Assembly (NCBI GenBank): GCA_016932415.1
Contig: JAFGCX010000001.1
Location: forward strand, 17,934-81,933
Direction of reading: 5' to 3'
Source of the DNA: Candidatus Krumholzibacteriota bacterium
GTDB lineage: Bacteria > Krumholzibacteriota > Krumholzibacteriia > Krumholzibacteriales > Krumholzibacteriaceae
Length of the DNA stretch: 64,000 nt
Within the stretch, counting starts at the first letter, position 1, and every line of letters begins with the position of its first letter. Of this stretch, positions 56,478 through 64,000 are shown in pieces. The notes beneath the pieces are model-generated. The model was not told the origin of the DNA. It saw nothing but the letters and a program-made list of their open reading frames with translations, and did no database searches. A program made the translations under genes and the position numbers.

Positions 56478-57845
56478 TCAATCGTATCCGTACATCTTTG
56501 TCTTTTCGCGCAAAGTCTGCCTGCTTATTCCGAGTATCCTGGCAGCTTTTGATTTGTTCCCGTCCGTCTCATCAAGGGTCTTGCAGATGAGAATCTTTTC
56601 CATATCTTTTATGCTTATCGGGTACAATCTGTCTATACCTTCCGGGCCTGGACCATCGGTACCTTCTTCGAGCGCCATTATCTCCGACGGGATATGTTCG
56701 GGAAGGATCTCCTTTTCAGCTTCGAGCAATATCGCCCGTTCGATCACATTTTTCAGTTCGCGTACGTTACCAGGCCAGGAGTATCGCATCAGATGTTCCT
56801 CGACTTCCGGGTTGATCTTGTCGATCTTCTTCTTGAACTCCTTGCTGAAGACCTCGATAAAATGGTTTGCTAAAAGGGCAATATCTTCTTTCCTCTCCCT
56901 GAGGGGGGGCAGGTATATCGGGATGACCTGCAACCTGTAGTAGAGGTCATTGCGGAAATCTCCAGCCTGAATAGCCTTGAGAAGGTCCCTGTTCGTGGCG
57001 GCGATTATCCTCGTGTTCACCTTCATGTCCTTGACGCCGCCGACTCTTCTGAAAGTCTTGTTTTCCAGGACCCTGAGCAGCCTGCTTTGAAGAGTGATAC
57101 CCATTTCACCTATCTCGTCGAGAAATATCGTTCCTCCTTCGGCGAGCTCGAAAAGTCCCTTTTTCCTCGTTTTGGCGTCAGTAAATGCCCCCTTTTCGTG
57201 GCCGAAAAGCTCGCTCTCAAGAAGAGATTCGGGAAGAGCGGCGCAGTTTATCTCCAGGAAAGGCATACCTTCGCCTTTACTGCTTTCATGTATCGCCCTG
57301 GCGACAAGTTCCTTCCCCGTTCCGCTCTCTCCCTGTATCAGGATCGTGCTTGCCCTGCTTTCTCCAATCTTTATCACCGTCTCGAATACAGATCTCATCA
57401 CCTTGCTTGTCCCTAGAAAATTATTAAAATTATACTCTTCCTTCTCTTTTTTCTTGATCCCGTCGAGCTCTTCCCGGAGCCGCCTGTTCTCGAGGGCATG
57501 CCTTATCGCTATTTTCATCTTTTCAAGCTGAAACGGCTTCAGAAGGAAATCATAGGCGCCATTCTTGATCGCTTCGACCGCCGTCTCCACCTCTCCGTAC
57601 GCCGTCATCATTATTACGGGGATCTCTTCATCTTCTTCCCGCAGCTTCTTGAGTACCTCTATCCCGTCAGTATCGGGCAACTTAAGGTCAAGGATCACGA
57701 GATCTGCCGGTTCTTCCCTGAAAAGGTCGATACCCTTCTCGCCATTATCAGCTTCTGACACTTCATATCCCTGGTTTTTAAGCGCTTCTCCGAGCGACCA
57801 TCTTATAGCTTTCTCATCATCGACGATCAGTATTCTACCTGGCAT
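56478..57845 (-). CDS. Sigma-54-dependent response regulator (AtoC/NtrC family)
   Basis: IVDDE, LDLKLP, TAYG, KPF; GESGTGKE, GAFTDA, FLDEIGE, WPGNVREL, HTH. Confidence 0.92.
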   Translation of the reverse strand: MPGRILIVDDEKAIRWSLGEALKNQGYEVSEADNGEKGIDLFREEPADLVILDLKLPDTDGIEVLKKLREEDEEIPVIMMTAYGEVETAVEAIKNGAYDFLLKPFQLEKMKIAIRHALENRRLREELDGIKKKEKEEYNFNNFLGTSKVMRSVFETVIKIGESRASTILIQGESGTGKELVARAIHESSKGEGMPFLEINCAALPESLLESELFGHEKGAFTDAKTRKKGLFELAEGGTIFLDEIGEMGITLQSRLLRVLENKTFRRVGGVKDMKVNTRIIAATNRDLLKAIQAGDFRNDLYYRLQVIPIYLPPLRERKEDIALLANHFIEVFSKEFKKKIDKINPEVEEHLMRYSWPGNVRELKNVIERAILLEAEKEILPEHIPSEIMALEEGTDGPGPEGIDRLYPISIKDMEKILICKTLDETDGNKSKAARILGISRQTLREKTKMYGYD

Positions 57846-57856
57846 CTTTTACCCTT

Positions 57857-59935
57857 TCAGGAGACCCTCTCTGCTTTGTACGGTCCCGCCGCGGACATCA
57901 GCCTGCGCGGGATCTCCACGATAAAGACAGTTCCCGTCTCTTCTCCATTCTGATGAAATATCCTGCCTCCATGGCTCTCTATTATCTTTCTACTTATAGC
58001 GAGTCCCAATCCTGTCCCTTCTGACCTTGTCGTGAAAAAAGGGTTATAAAGTTTATCGGCTATATCCTCCGGTATTCCTTTTCCTGAATCGGATATCTCC
58101 ATTCGAATGAATACCGGGTCATCAGATTCCTTAAGGGAAACTGTTAGATATCCCCCTTCGCCGCATGCCTGGATCCCGTTCATCATGATATTAAGCATGA
58201 CCTGTTTGATCTGGTTCGCGTCAATGAAACAAATATCGTCATCCAGGCCTCTTTCGAATCTGGTCTCGACCCTTCTCTCTTTCGCCTGGTCGGAGACCAG
58301 CATCATCGCGTCATCGACAAGATCGCATATCGATTGTTCCGCCGGCCTCGGTATATCAGGCCTTGCGAAATGAAGAAGGTTCTTGATAATATCATCCAGT
58401 CTTTTTATCTCATCAAGGATCACGGTGAGATATTTTATCTTGCTCGTTTCACCCTGCAGCTGTTCTTTCAGCACCTGTGCCGTCGTCGCTATTCCGGTCA
58501 GGGGATTTCGTATCTCATGGGCGACTCCGGCCGAGAGTTCTCCAAGCGACCTGAGCCTGTCAGATCTTCTCAGTTCTTCCTCCATCAATTTCTGTACGGT
58601 AAGGTCCTCAAAGACAGATACGATCGCCGTACCGTGATAATCATCGATCACTTTTGTCGAGTTAAGCCTCACCGGGACAGGTTCTCTTCCTTCGATTTGA
58701 AAATGGGCTTCCATCGAGGAACTCTTGTTGTCATCCTTCACCAGGTATTCGAAAAGGCTTTCGCTACCGAAGGGGTTCCTGAAGAGATCGTCGAAGCAGC
58801 ATTCTTTATCGCGGATCTTTCCCATCAGCTCTTTAGCCCTCGCGTTCTTGAATACCACCTTTCCCGTCTTGTCCGTCTTGATCACTCCGCTGTTGATATT
58901 GTCAAGTATCGTCTCGTTGAAGTGGGTCAGGTCTCTCAATCTGCTGATCGTGATAGCGTTAGCTACTTCTTCAGAAAGGATCGTCTGGATCGTATTGATG
59001 AAATGATAATCGTTGAGATAGGCCTGCCTTGTCGCGTATGCTTTCTTGATCAGCAGAAACCCTACCCAGCGTCCCTTGTAAATTAGAGGAACGACCGTAT
59101 CGTTCCAGGGAGATCTCATTCCCAGGCAGGTCGTCACATTGCCCTCCCTGCATCCGTCCAGGGAGAATATCTCGGGCTGAATCATATCCCGATCCTGGGC
59201 GTCGAGCAGAACCCCTTCGACCTCGGAAAGCAGATCAGTCTCTATACCGTAGGAAGTCCTGACCTTCAGGGTCTTCCCGGAATTGCTGAACATCAGTAGG
59301 GCCGTGCCTTCGGCATCGAGATACCTGCAGAGAGCCATAAGGAACCTGTCGAGCGAATCGCTCCAGTCCTCGTTGGAACTTATATCCCTTCCCATCTGGT
59401 AGATCATTTTCAGGCGCGTTACATGTTTTTTTAACGCCTCGTTGGCTTCGGCCAGTTCTTCGTTAGTTCTCAGAATTCTTTTCCCGAGTTCGCTTTTGCT
59501 TTCTTCCAGTTTTTTATTCGCGGTCTCGAGTTTTTTTATAATGCTGGCGTTTTCCCTTATCATGAGAAGATTGCCGTAGGCGGCGTCCACTACTTCAGCG
59601 ATCTTAACCAGATCGAAAGGCTTGAGCAGATAATCGAAGGTATTGAGCCTGAGAGCTTCAATCGTCGAATCGAGAGAGGCGAACCCCGTCATGATTATGC
59701 ATCTGGTCTCAAAATGATCCTTCTTGATCCGGGCGATCAGTTCAAGCCCGTCAAGATCGGGAAGTTTCAAATCGATAAGGGCGACATCGAATCCTTTTTC
59801 CGACAGCAGTTCCAGCGCTTCAGCGCCCGATCCGGCCGAAAAGGTCTCGTATCCCCTTTCCGTGAGGAATTGCTCGAGTATTTCCAGGACCGATTTTTCA
59901 TCATCGACGATGAGTACTGTGCCTTTTTCCGCCAA
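57857..59935 (-). CDS. Hybrid histidine kinase (REC - coiled coil - GAF-like - PAS - HisKA - HATPase)
   Basis: N-terminal REC, AHEIRNPL, NIMMNG, DSGKG, PFFTTR..GTGLGL. TTG 59935 chosen because GTG 59986 overlaps a TTGAAA-N18-TATAAT promoter. Confidence 0.88.
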   Translation of the reverse strand: MAEKGTVLIVDDEKSVLEILEQFLTERGYETFSAGSGAEALELLSEKGFDVALIDLKLPDLDGLELIARIKKDHFETRCIIMTGFASLDSTIEALRLNTFDYLLKPFDLVKIAEVVDAAYGNLLMIRENASIIKKLETANKKLEESKSELGKRILRTNEELAEANEALKKHVTRLKMIYQMGRDISSNEDWSDSLDRFLMALCRYLDAEGTALLMFSNSGKTLKVRTSYGIETDLLSEVEGVLLDAQDRDMIQPEIFSLDGCREGNVTTCLGMRSPWNDTVVPLIYKGRWVGFLLIKKAYATRQAYLNDYHFINTIQTILSEEVANAITISRLRDLTHFNETILDNINSGVIKTDKTGKVVFKNARAKELMGKIRDKECCFDDLFRNPFGSESLFEYLVKDDNKSSSMEAHFQIEGREPVPVRLNSTKVIDDYHGTAIVSVFEDLTVQKLMEEELRRSDRLRSLGELSAGVAHEIRNPLTGIATTAQVLKEQLQGETSKIKYLTVILDEIKRLDDIIKNLLHFARPDIPRPAEQSICDLVDDAMMLVSDQAKERRVETRFERGLDDDICFIDANQIKQVMLNIMMNGIQACGEGGYLTVSLKESDDPVFIRMEISDSGKGIPEDIADKLYNPFFTTRSEGTGLGLAISRKIIESHGGRIFHQNGEETGTVFIVEIPRRLMSAAGPYKAERVS

Positions 59936-60047
59936 AACCACATCCTTAAATGAGGAAAGTACGTTTTCGGTGGCAATTATACGCACAGGATATTCTATAT
60001 TTCAAGTCAAAAGGCATTGAATGATAAGTGGTTTCGCGCGATCGATA

Positions 60048-60347
60048 TCATTCGACGAGCTTTATGCGGGAGAGTTCTTCTGTCCTTGTGAAGAGTTCCT
60101 CAAGCAGGATATCTTTGATCTCTTCATCTATATCGAAAATCTGATGCGTTATTTCCCTTGCCTTGCTCTGAAACAGGCTGTCGGTCAAACCTTCATCCTG
60201 CAGGTCGAGTATTGAACATATCTGCGCCGTAAGAGTTTCACGTTCGGCAGTGAGGTTTTCCATAAGATCGTAGTTCTTCTCTTTCAGTGCTCTGAGCTGT
60301 CTGCCGCAGATATCCAGAAGCCTGTTATATAAAAATATTACTTCCAA
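60048..60347 (-). CDS. Small helical protein, FliT/FlgN-like flagellar chaperone
   Basis: Q..AL...NYD.ME.LT.ERE.L..QI pattern typical of FliT/FlgN bundles; preceded by a sigma-28 motif. Confidence 0.55.
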   Translation of the reverse strand: MEVIFLYNRLLDICGRQLRALKEKNYDLMENLTAERETLTAQICSILDLQDEGLTDSLFQSKAREITHQIFDIDEEIKDILLEELFTRTEELSRIKLVE

Positions 60348-60390
60348 CTCGCTCCACCCGATTTAACTGAACATTTCGAAGACGTACAGT

Positions 60391-60417
60391 TATTCGGATG
60401 AATCCGGGAAAGCTTTA
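60391..60417 (-). promoter_or_regulatory. sigma-28 (FliA)-type promoter
   Basis: TAAAGCTT-N11-TCCGAATA versus consensus TAAAGTTT-N11-GCCGATAA. Confidence 0.6.
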
Positions 60418-60456
60418 CGGAATTCGTATTTTTGAGTGAGAACCACTAGCGGGAGG

Positions 60457-60816
60457 TCATTTCAGAGTCCTGTTGATATATGTTGCCAGTATATCTCTCG
60501 ATGATTCAGGGATAGCGGTGAAAAAGACGGCGATCCTGTATTTCACAGGCTGAGGAGCCTCATTTTCCGGTTCGATACGCACGACGACGCCATCGAACGA
60601 AACGATACTCTCCCCTTTCCCGTCGTCTCCCGCGGCAGGAATAGCAAGCCCCATGCGAACTCTCGTCATCAGTTCCATATAATGAGGTATCTCGAAATAG
60701 ACGCCATTGGAACTGATATTCAGCGTTCTGCCGCTGACTTCGCCCTCTGACCCTTCGATTACGACCGGAAGGTCAATATCGACGCGCGGCGCTTTCCTTC
60801 TGTCTTTGACACTCAT
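60457..60816 (-). CDS. PilZ domain protein (c-di-GMP receptor)
   Basis: RRKAPR (RxxxR) and NISSNG ([D/N]xSxxG). Confidence 0.88.
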   Translation of the reverse strand: MSVKDRRKAPRVDIDLPVVIEGSEGEVSGRTLNISSNGVYFEIPHYMELMTRVRMGLAIPAAGDDGKGESIVSFDGVVVRIEPENEAPQPVKYRIAVFFTAIPESSRDILATYINRTLK

Positions 60817-60869
60817 TCAGATAACCCTGACTTTTTGGTTCCTGATCGATCATGGAGCATTTCAACTCT

Positions 60870-60916
60870 AAAAAAGAAAAGAATCTGCGGAATACATCAC
60901 TGCACTCCGTTTATTC
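60870..60916 (-). terminator. Rho-independent terminator after bS22
   Basis: Stem CGGAGTGCA/TGTATTCCG (two G-U pairs), then TTCTTTTCTTTTTT. Confidence 0.7.
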
Positions 60917-60918
60917 GC

Positions 60919-61014
60919 CTAGCGTTTCTTTTTCTTATGACGATCCTTGCGAAGTCTTTTCTTCCTCTTATGAGTGGCTATTTTCTTTCTTTTTCTCTTC
61001 TTACCACTTGGCAT
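60919..61014 (-). CDS. 30S ribosomal protein bS22 (AURKAIP1/COX24/mS38 family), 31 aa
   Basis: Hand translation MPSGKKRKRKKIATHKRKKRLRKDRHKKKKR*; matches the recalled Bacteroidota-type bS22 pattern. Below the ORF-track cutoff. Confidence 0.85.
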   Translation of the reverse strand: MPSGKKRKRKKIATHKRKKRLRKDRHKKKKR

Positions 61015-61131
61015 ATTGCATCCAATCCATTAAACGGCCAATATCGGGATCTTAGTTATCCTAATATAAAAATCCGTTCACAAATTGCAAACGGATTTTA
61101 CATGAAAAACTGTTTCATTTTCCTTTCGAGC

Positions 61132-61407
61132 CTATCCGTTGACCCTGACCTTCAACTCATTTGAAGCCTTGAAAAACGGGACAAGCTTGGCCGGGACATC
61201 CACGGACGAGCCGGTACGCGGATTCCTTGCTTTTCTCGGGTTACGGCTTTTGACCTTGAAACTGCCAAAACCCCGCAGTTCCACCTTGTCACCCTCAGCC
61301 AGGGCTTTACAGACATTTTCTATTATAAGATTAACGACGACGCTAGTGTCCTTTTTGCTTAGCCCTGTATCCTTTGCTATTTCCTCGACAAGATCTGCCT
61401 TAGTCAT
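61132..61407 (-). CDS. HU/IHF family DNA-binding protein
   Basis: MTKADL, VELRGFGSF, R.ARNPRTG..V..P...P.FK. Confidence 0.93.
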   Translation of the reverse strand: MTKADLVEEIAKDTGLSKKDTSVVVNLIIENVCKALAEGDKVELRGFGSFKVKSRNPRKARNPRTGSSVDVPAKLVPFFKASNELKVRVNG

Positions 61408-61488
61408 TTTGTTTCTCCCTCATAGAAACGAATGTCCCACAATCGAGCCGACAACATGGAAAGACATCTACCTTCCACCTTGTTATAT

Positions 61489-61517
61489 CTTCTATCACAG
61501 GGGCAACTTGTTGTCAA
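61489..61517 (-). promoter_or_regulatory. sigma-70-type promoter of the HU/IHF gene
   Basis: TTGACA-N17-TAGAAG with an extended TG. Confidence 0.5.
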
Positions 61518-61581
61518 AAGAAAAATTACTAAATCGTAATTTTATTTTTATGCCATGATCAGGCGATCTTGGTGAGGCCCT

Positions 61582-61768
61582 GGCGGGAACAGATGAAAAA
61601 GTAAAGTTCCCCGCCGGAGAACGTGTACCCTTTAATGTGATAATCTGCAACACGTGAGGATGAGAAACACATCAAGGACAATCCACGGACCCGCAGGGAA
61701 CTTTCCGCGTGCAGTTTCCTGCAAGTTCAAGAGTTATGCCATTTCAGGATCGAATGGCATGCCTTTTT
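61582..61768. ncRNA. Candidate structured non-coding element (family unknown)
   Basis: Long-range inverted repeat AAAGTTCCC(61603-61611)/GGGAACTTT(61696-61704), inner ACGTGT/ACACGT stem, GAAA-tetraloop hairpin on the minus strand, 8-bp hairpin followed by a T-tract. Confidence 0.35.
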
Positions 61769-61878
61769 AACTTCATATGTATAATGGGGTTATATGATCG
61801 CGTCAGCTTCGGATCGAATGTCGGGATCGCTATTCATCCGCAAAATGAACTGCTTCCCGATTTGTTGCAACGAAGAGA

Positions 61879-62679
61879 TCACTCTTTGCTTGCCCTGTAA
61901 TATCGAAGATATTCCCTGCATCCCTTGTCGGATCCCGCGATCGCCTCAGCGCTTTTCAGTATTCCCATAAGCTTTTTATCTGTGGGATCGCATATCAAAG
62001 CTGTAATGCCCTTTGCGACAGCCATCGCCAGGAAGGTCCTGTTCAGGAGCCTGCGCATCGGAAGTCCATAAGATATATTGGATAATCCTCCTACCCTCCC
62101 GAAAGAAGGCAGCTCGATCGAGAGTTTTTCGAGTGTCGCAAGGGTGACTGAACTCCCGGCAAGCCCGGTAGCGACCGGCGTAAAGACCGGATCAAGCATT
62201 ACCCGATTATCTGGGATATCCATCTTCTCGATCATCTTAAGGGCCATCCGTGCGAGTGATATCCTGCCCTCTGCATCCGAAGGGATCCCTTTCCGGTTTT
62301 TCATAAGAAGGATAAATGATGAGCCCGACGCGCGTAACACAGGGAGGGCCTGAGCCAGTATATCGTCATCACAGGTAAGGGAATTGATGATCGATCTTTC
62401 ACCGTATCTTTCAGCCGCCTCGGTAAGAAGCGCCAGATTCGGACTGTCGATCGAGAGCTTCGTATCATACCTTTCGAGTATCGCGTCCCCCGCCCAGAAA
62501 AGAGCTTCCTTTTCACCTTCCATCAGCATCGAACTGTTAATATCGATATAATCCGCTCCCCCGCCGAGTTGCCCGCCGGCCGACAGAAGAAGAGAGTCCT
62601 CGTCTCTCGACTCGAAGATATCCCTGATCTTTCTGTTGCTGCTATTGAGTTTTTCTCCGATTATAACTGTCTTCATCAC
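61879..62679 (-). CDS. Pterin-binding methyltetrahydrofolate:corrinoid methyltransferase-like protein (AcsE / MetH folate domain)
   Basis: IIGEKLN, IDIN, SIDS, IINS, LDP, GLSNISYGLP.R..LN..FLAMA. Confidence 0.82.
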   Translation of the reverse strand: MMKTVIIGEKLNSSNRKIRDIFESRDEDSLLLSAGGQLGGGADYIDINSSMLMEGEKEALFWAGDAILERYDTKLSIDSPNLALLTEAAERYGERSIINSLTCDDDILAQALPVLRASGSSFILLMKNRKGIPSDAEGRISLARMALKMIEKMDIPDNRVMLDPVFTPVATGLAGSSVTLATLEKLSIELPSFGRVGGLSNISYGLPMRRLLNRTFLAMAVAKGITALICDPTDKKLMGILKSAEAIAGSDKGCREYLRYYRASKE

Positions 62680-62690
62680 TCGCGGAGGAA

Positions 62691-64000
62691 TCAGGCGTTG
62701 AATCCAGCCTGCCGGCAGAATCTGTTCAGAATCTTGAAAAGTTCCGCTCCAGCCGTTGTTAATTCAATATTTCTTCTATCCATCATTATTTCCGCAGTTT
62801 TTACAGCCTTGTCCAGCGAATATGGTTCGAATTCGGGTTCGCTGCTCCATGTGAAACTTGGAGTGAATTTAGGGAGGAACCCTATCGCAAGAACGTTCGC
62901 GCAGAAACCGACGACAGATCCCGTGTTGACTCTGGTGTTGATCGCTATCTTCGTGTGGTCTCCGGCGATCAACCCGAGAAATCTCCTTCCGGTCTCCCTG
63001 ATCCTGCCCGAACTCCATGTCCTTATCTTTCCGTAATTATTTTTCAGGTCACTGTTACACGCTCCCGCACCAATATTGACCCATGAACCGATGTAGGAAT
63101 GCCCCAGAAACCCTTCGTGTTGTTTGTTAGTATAGGAAGATATTATCGACTCGCCAACCTCTCCACCGATCCTGCACTGGGTCCCTATGGAACTCCCCTT
63201 GCCTACCCTTGCTCCACCCCTGATAATCGTTCCTTCGCCTATATAGCACGGGCCCTCGATTATCGCGTTCGGTTCGATCTTGACTCCATCAGCGATCATG
63301 ACAGGTCCTTTTGTAGCATCGAGTACGGCGCCGGACCTTACTTCAACTCCCGCTCCTATGACTATATCATCCTCATTTATAAGATTTACCCCTTTAAAAA
63401 GCTCGGATTCAGGGGCAGCTCCACGCATCGGAAATTTCTGAAAATCATCAAGGAGACACTGGCTGTTCTCCGCGATAAACTGCCAGTAGAACGAAATCAG
63501 CTTCAACCCGGTCTTTTTCCTTTTCGCCCCGTTCGCTTTTACCCAGGCAGCCAGTCCGGCTTCTTTCAGTTCCATCTGCTCTTCGATTCCAGGCAGGTCC
63601 TTGTCTTCCTTTTCCTTCTTCAGCTCATTGAGTTTTTCAAATACCTTTTCGACTTCGCCGTCCTCGATCGGGTCCTTAAGGAATTTTAAAAACGAGGAAG
63701 CCTTATCGCCCTCGAATGAGGCGATTACCGGAATACCGTTCTTATCTATAACAGTGTCGTCTTCCAGTTCTCCCCTGAGGAGTTCGAGTTCATCCTCGTA
63801 AGCAAGCAGTCTTCCGTTTATAAAGAGGATCTTTCCCTCATCTATACTGTTTACCCGTATCTCCCGTTCGGGAAATCTCGCCTTGAGCGTCTCGTTCAGG
63901 GTGTCCTCCAGATAGGGCCTGCAGATCAGATTCAAGCGCTCGGAGATAACCTCTCCCGATATCCTTTCCCAGATGGGACTTGTCCCTATCATAAGTTCAA
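62691..64000 (-). CDS. GlmU-like sugar nucleotidyltransferase with hexapeptide (LbH) domain, 5' end outside the window
   Basis: INGR, LDATKGPV, IGGEV..S, NKQHEGFLGHSYIGSWVN.GA..SDLKNNY; the frame stays open to the window edge. Confidence 0.8.
   Translation of the reverse strand, partial: ELMIGTSPIWERISGEVISERLNLICRPYLEDTLNETLKARFPEREIRVNSIDEGKILFINGRLLAYEDELELLRGELEDDTVIDKNGIPVIASFEGDKASSFLKFLKDPIEDGEVEKVFEKLNELKKEKEDKDLPGIEEQMELKEAGLAAWVKANGAKRKKTGLKLISFYWQFIAENSQCLLDDFQKFPMRGAAPESELFKGVNLINEDDIVIGAGVEVRSGAVLDATKGPVMIADGVKIEPNAIIEGPCYIGEGTIIRGGARVGKGSSIGTQCRIGGEVGESIISSYTNKQHEGFLGHSYIGSWVNIGAGACNSDLKNNYGKIRTWSSGRIRETGRRFLGLIAGDHTKIAINTRVNTGSVVGFCANVLAIGFLPKFTPSFTWSSEPEFEPYSLDKAVKTAEIMMDRRNIELTTAGAELFKILNRFCRQAGFNA

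Noticed and set aside
61570..61630. Cobalamin-riboswitch-like words (GGGAA...TGAAAA...CCCCGC)
   Set aside because: No ACTG after CCCGC, no P5 pairing, no B12 box, and no downstream plus-strand gene.
61680..61740. c-di-GMP-I (GEMM) riboswitch suggested by a GAAA tetraloop near PilZ/fliA
   Set aside because: The conserved GGCAAA and GACGCAAAGC segments and the tetraloop receptor are missing; kept only as an unclassified structured element.
1..64000. CRISPR arrays, tRNA/rRNA genes, transposases, defence systems
   Set aside because: No regularly spaced repeats, cloverleaf or rRNA motifs, or such proteins seen. Intergenic gaps are short and mostly explained, though short RNAs could be missed by eye.

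Overview
A ~49% GC core-chromosome segment of a diderm bacterium. Gene content (PorV-like barrel, Bacteroidota-type bS22, Ig-like lipoprotein, WD40-Omp85) suggests the FCB superphylum, possibly a Krumholzibacteriota/Latescibacterota-like lineage; this is inference only. About 50 CDS are present, nearly all on the minus strand. They cover translation and tRNA modification (miaB, mtaB, rpsA, rluB, rpsT, proS, trmFO), chromosome maintenance (scpAB, xerD, xerC, uvrC, topA), hslVU, argF, dapF, secA, purN-purC-purH-guaA, tandem glgC paralogues and a degenerate comEC. A ~10 kb signalling island holds three sigma-54 activators, two histidine kinases, a FliA/sigma-28 factor, a FliT-like protein, a PilZ protein and HU/IHF. 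I found no rRNA, tRNA, CRISPR array, transposase or prophage. Two genes missing from the ORF track were read by hand: a 31-aa bS22 ribosomal protein and a partial lapA. The observations most worth follow-up are: (i) an 8-cysteine insertion in the SecA motor domain; (ii) a TPR / DnaJ-TPR / pseudo-PP2C-TM-beta-propeller module directly upstream of secA; (iii) an Omp85 barrel carrying a zinc-peptidase and beta-propeller instead of obvious POTRAs; (iv) a sigma-54 to sigma-28 cascade whose promoters are readable in the DNA, with an apparently leaderless fliA and a degenerate kinase; (v) a switch-like structured intergenic element at ~61.58-61.77 kb. All family calls come from motif recognition by eye; no searches were run.
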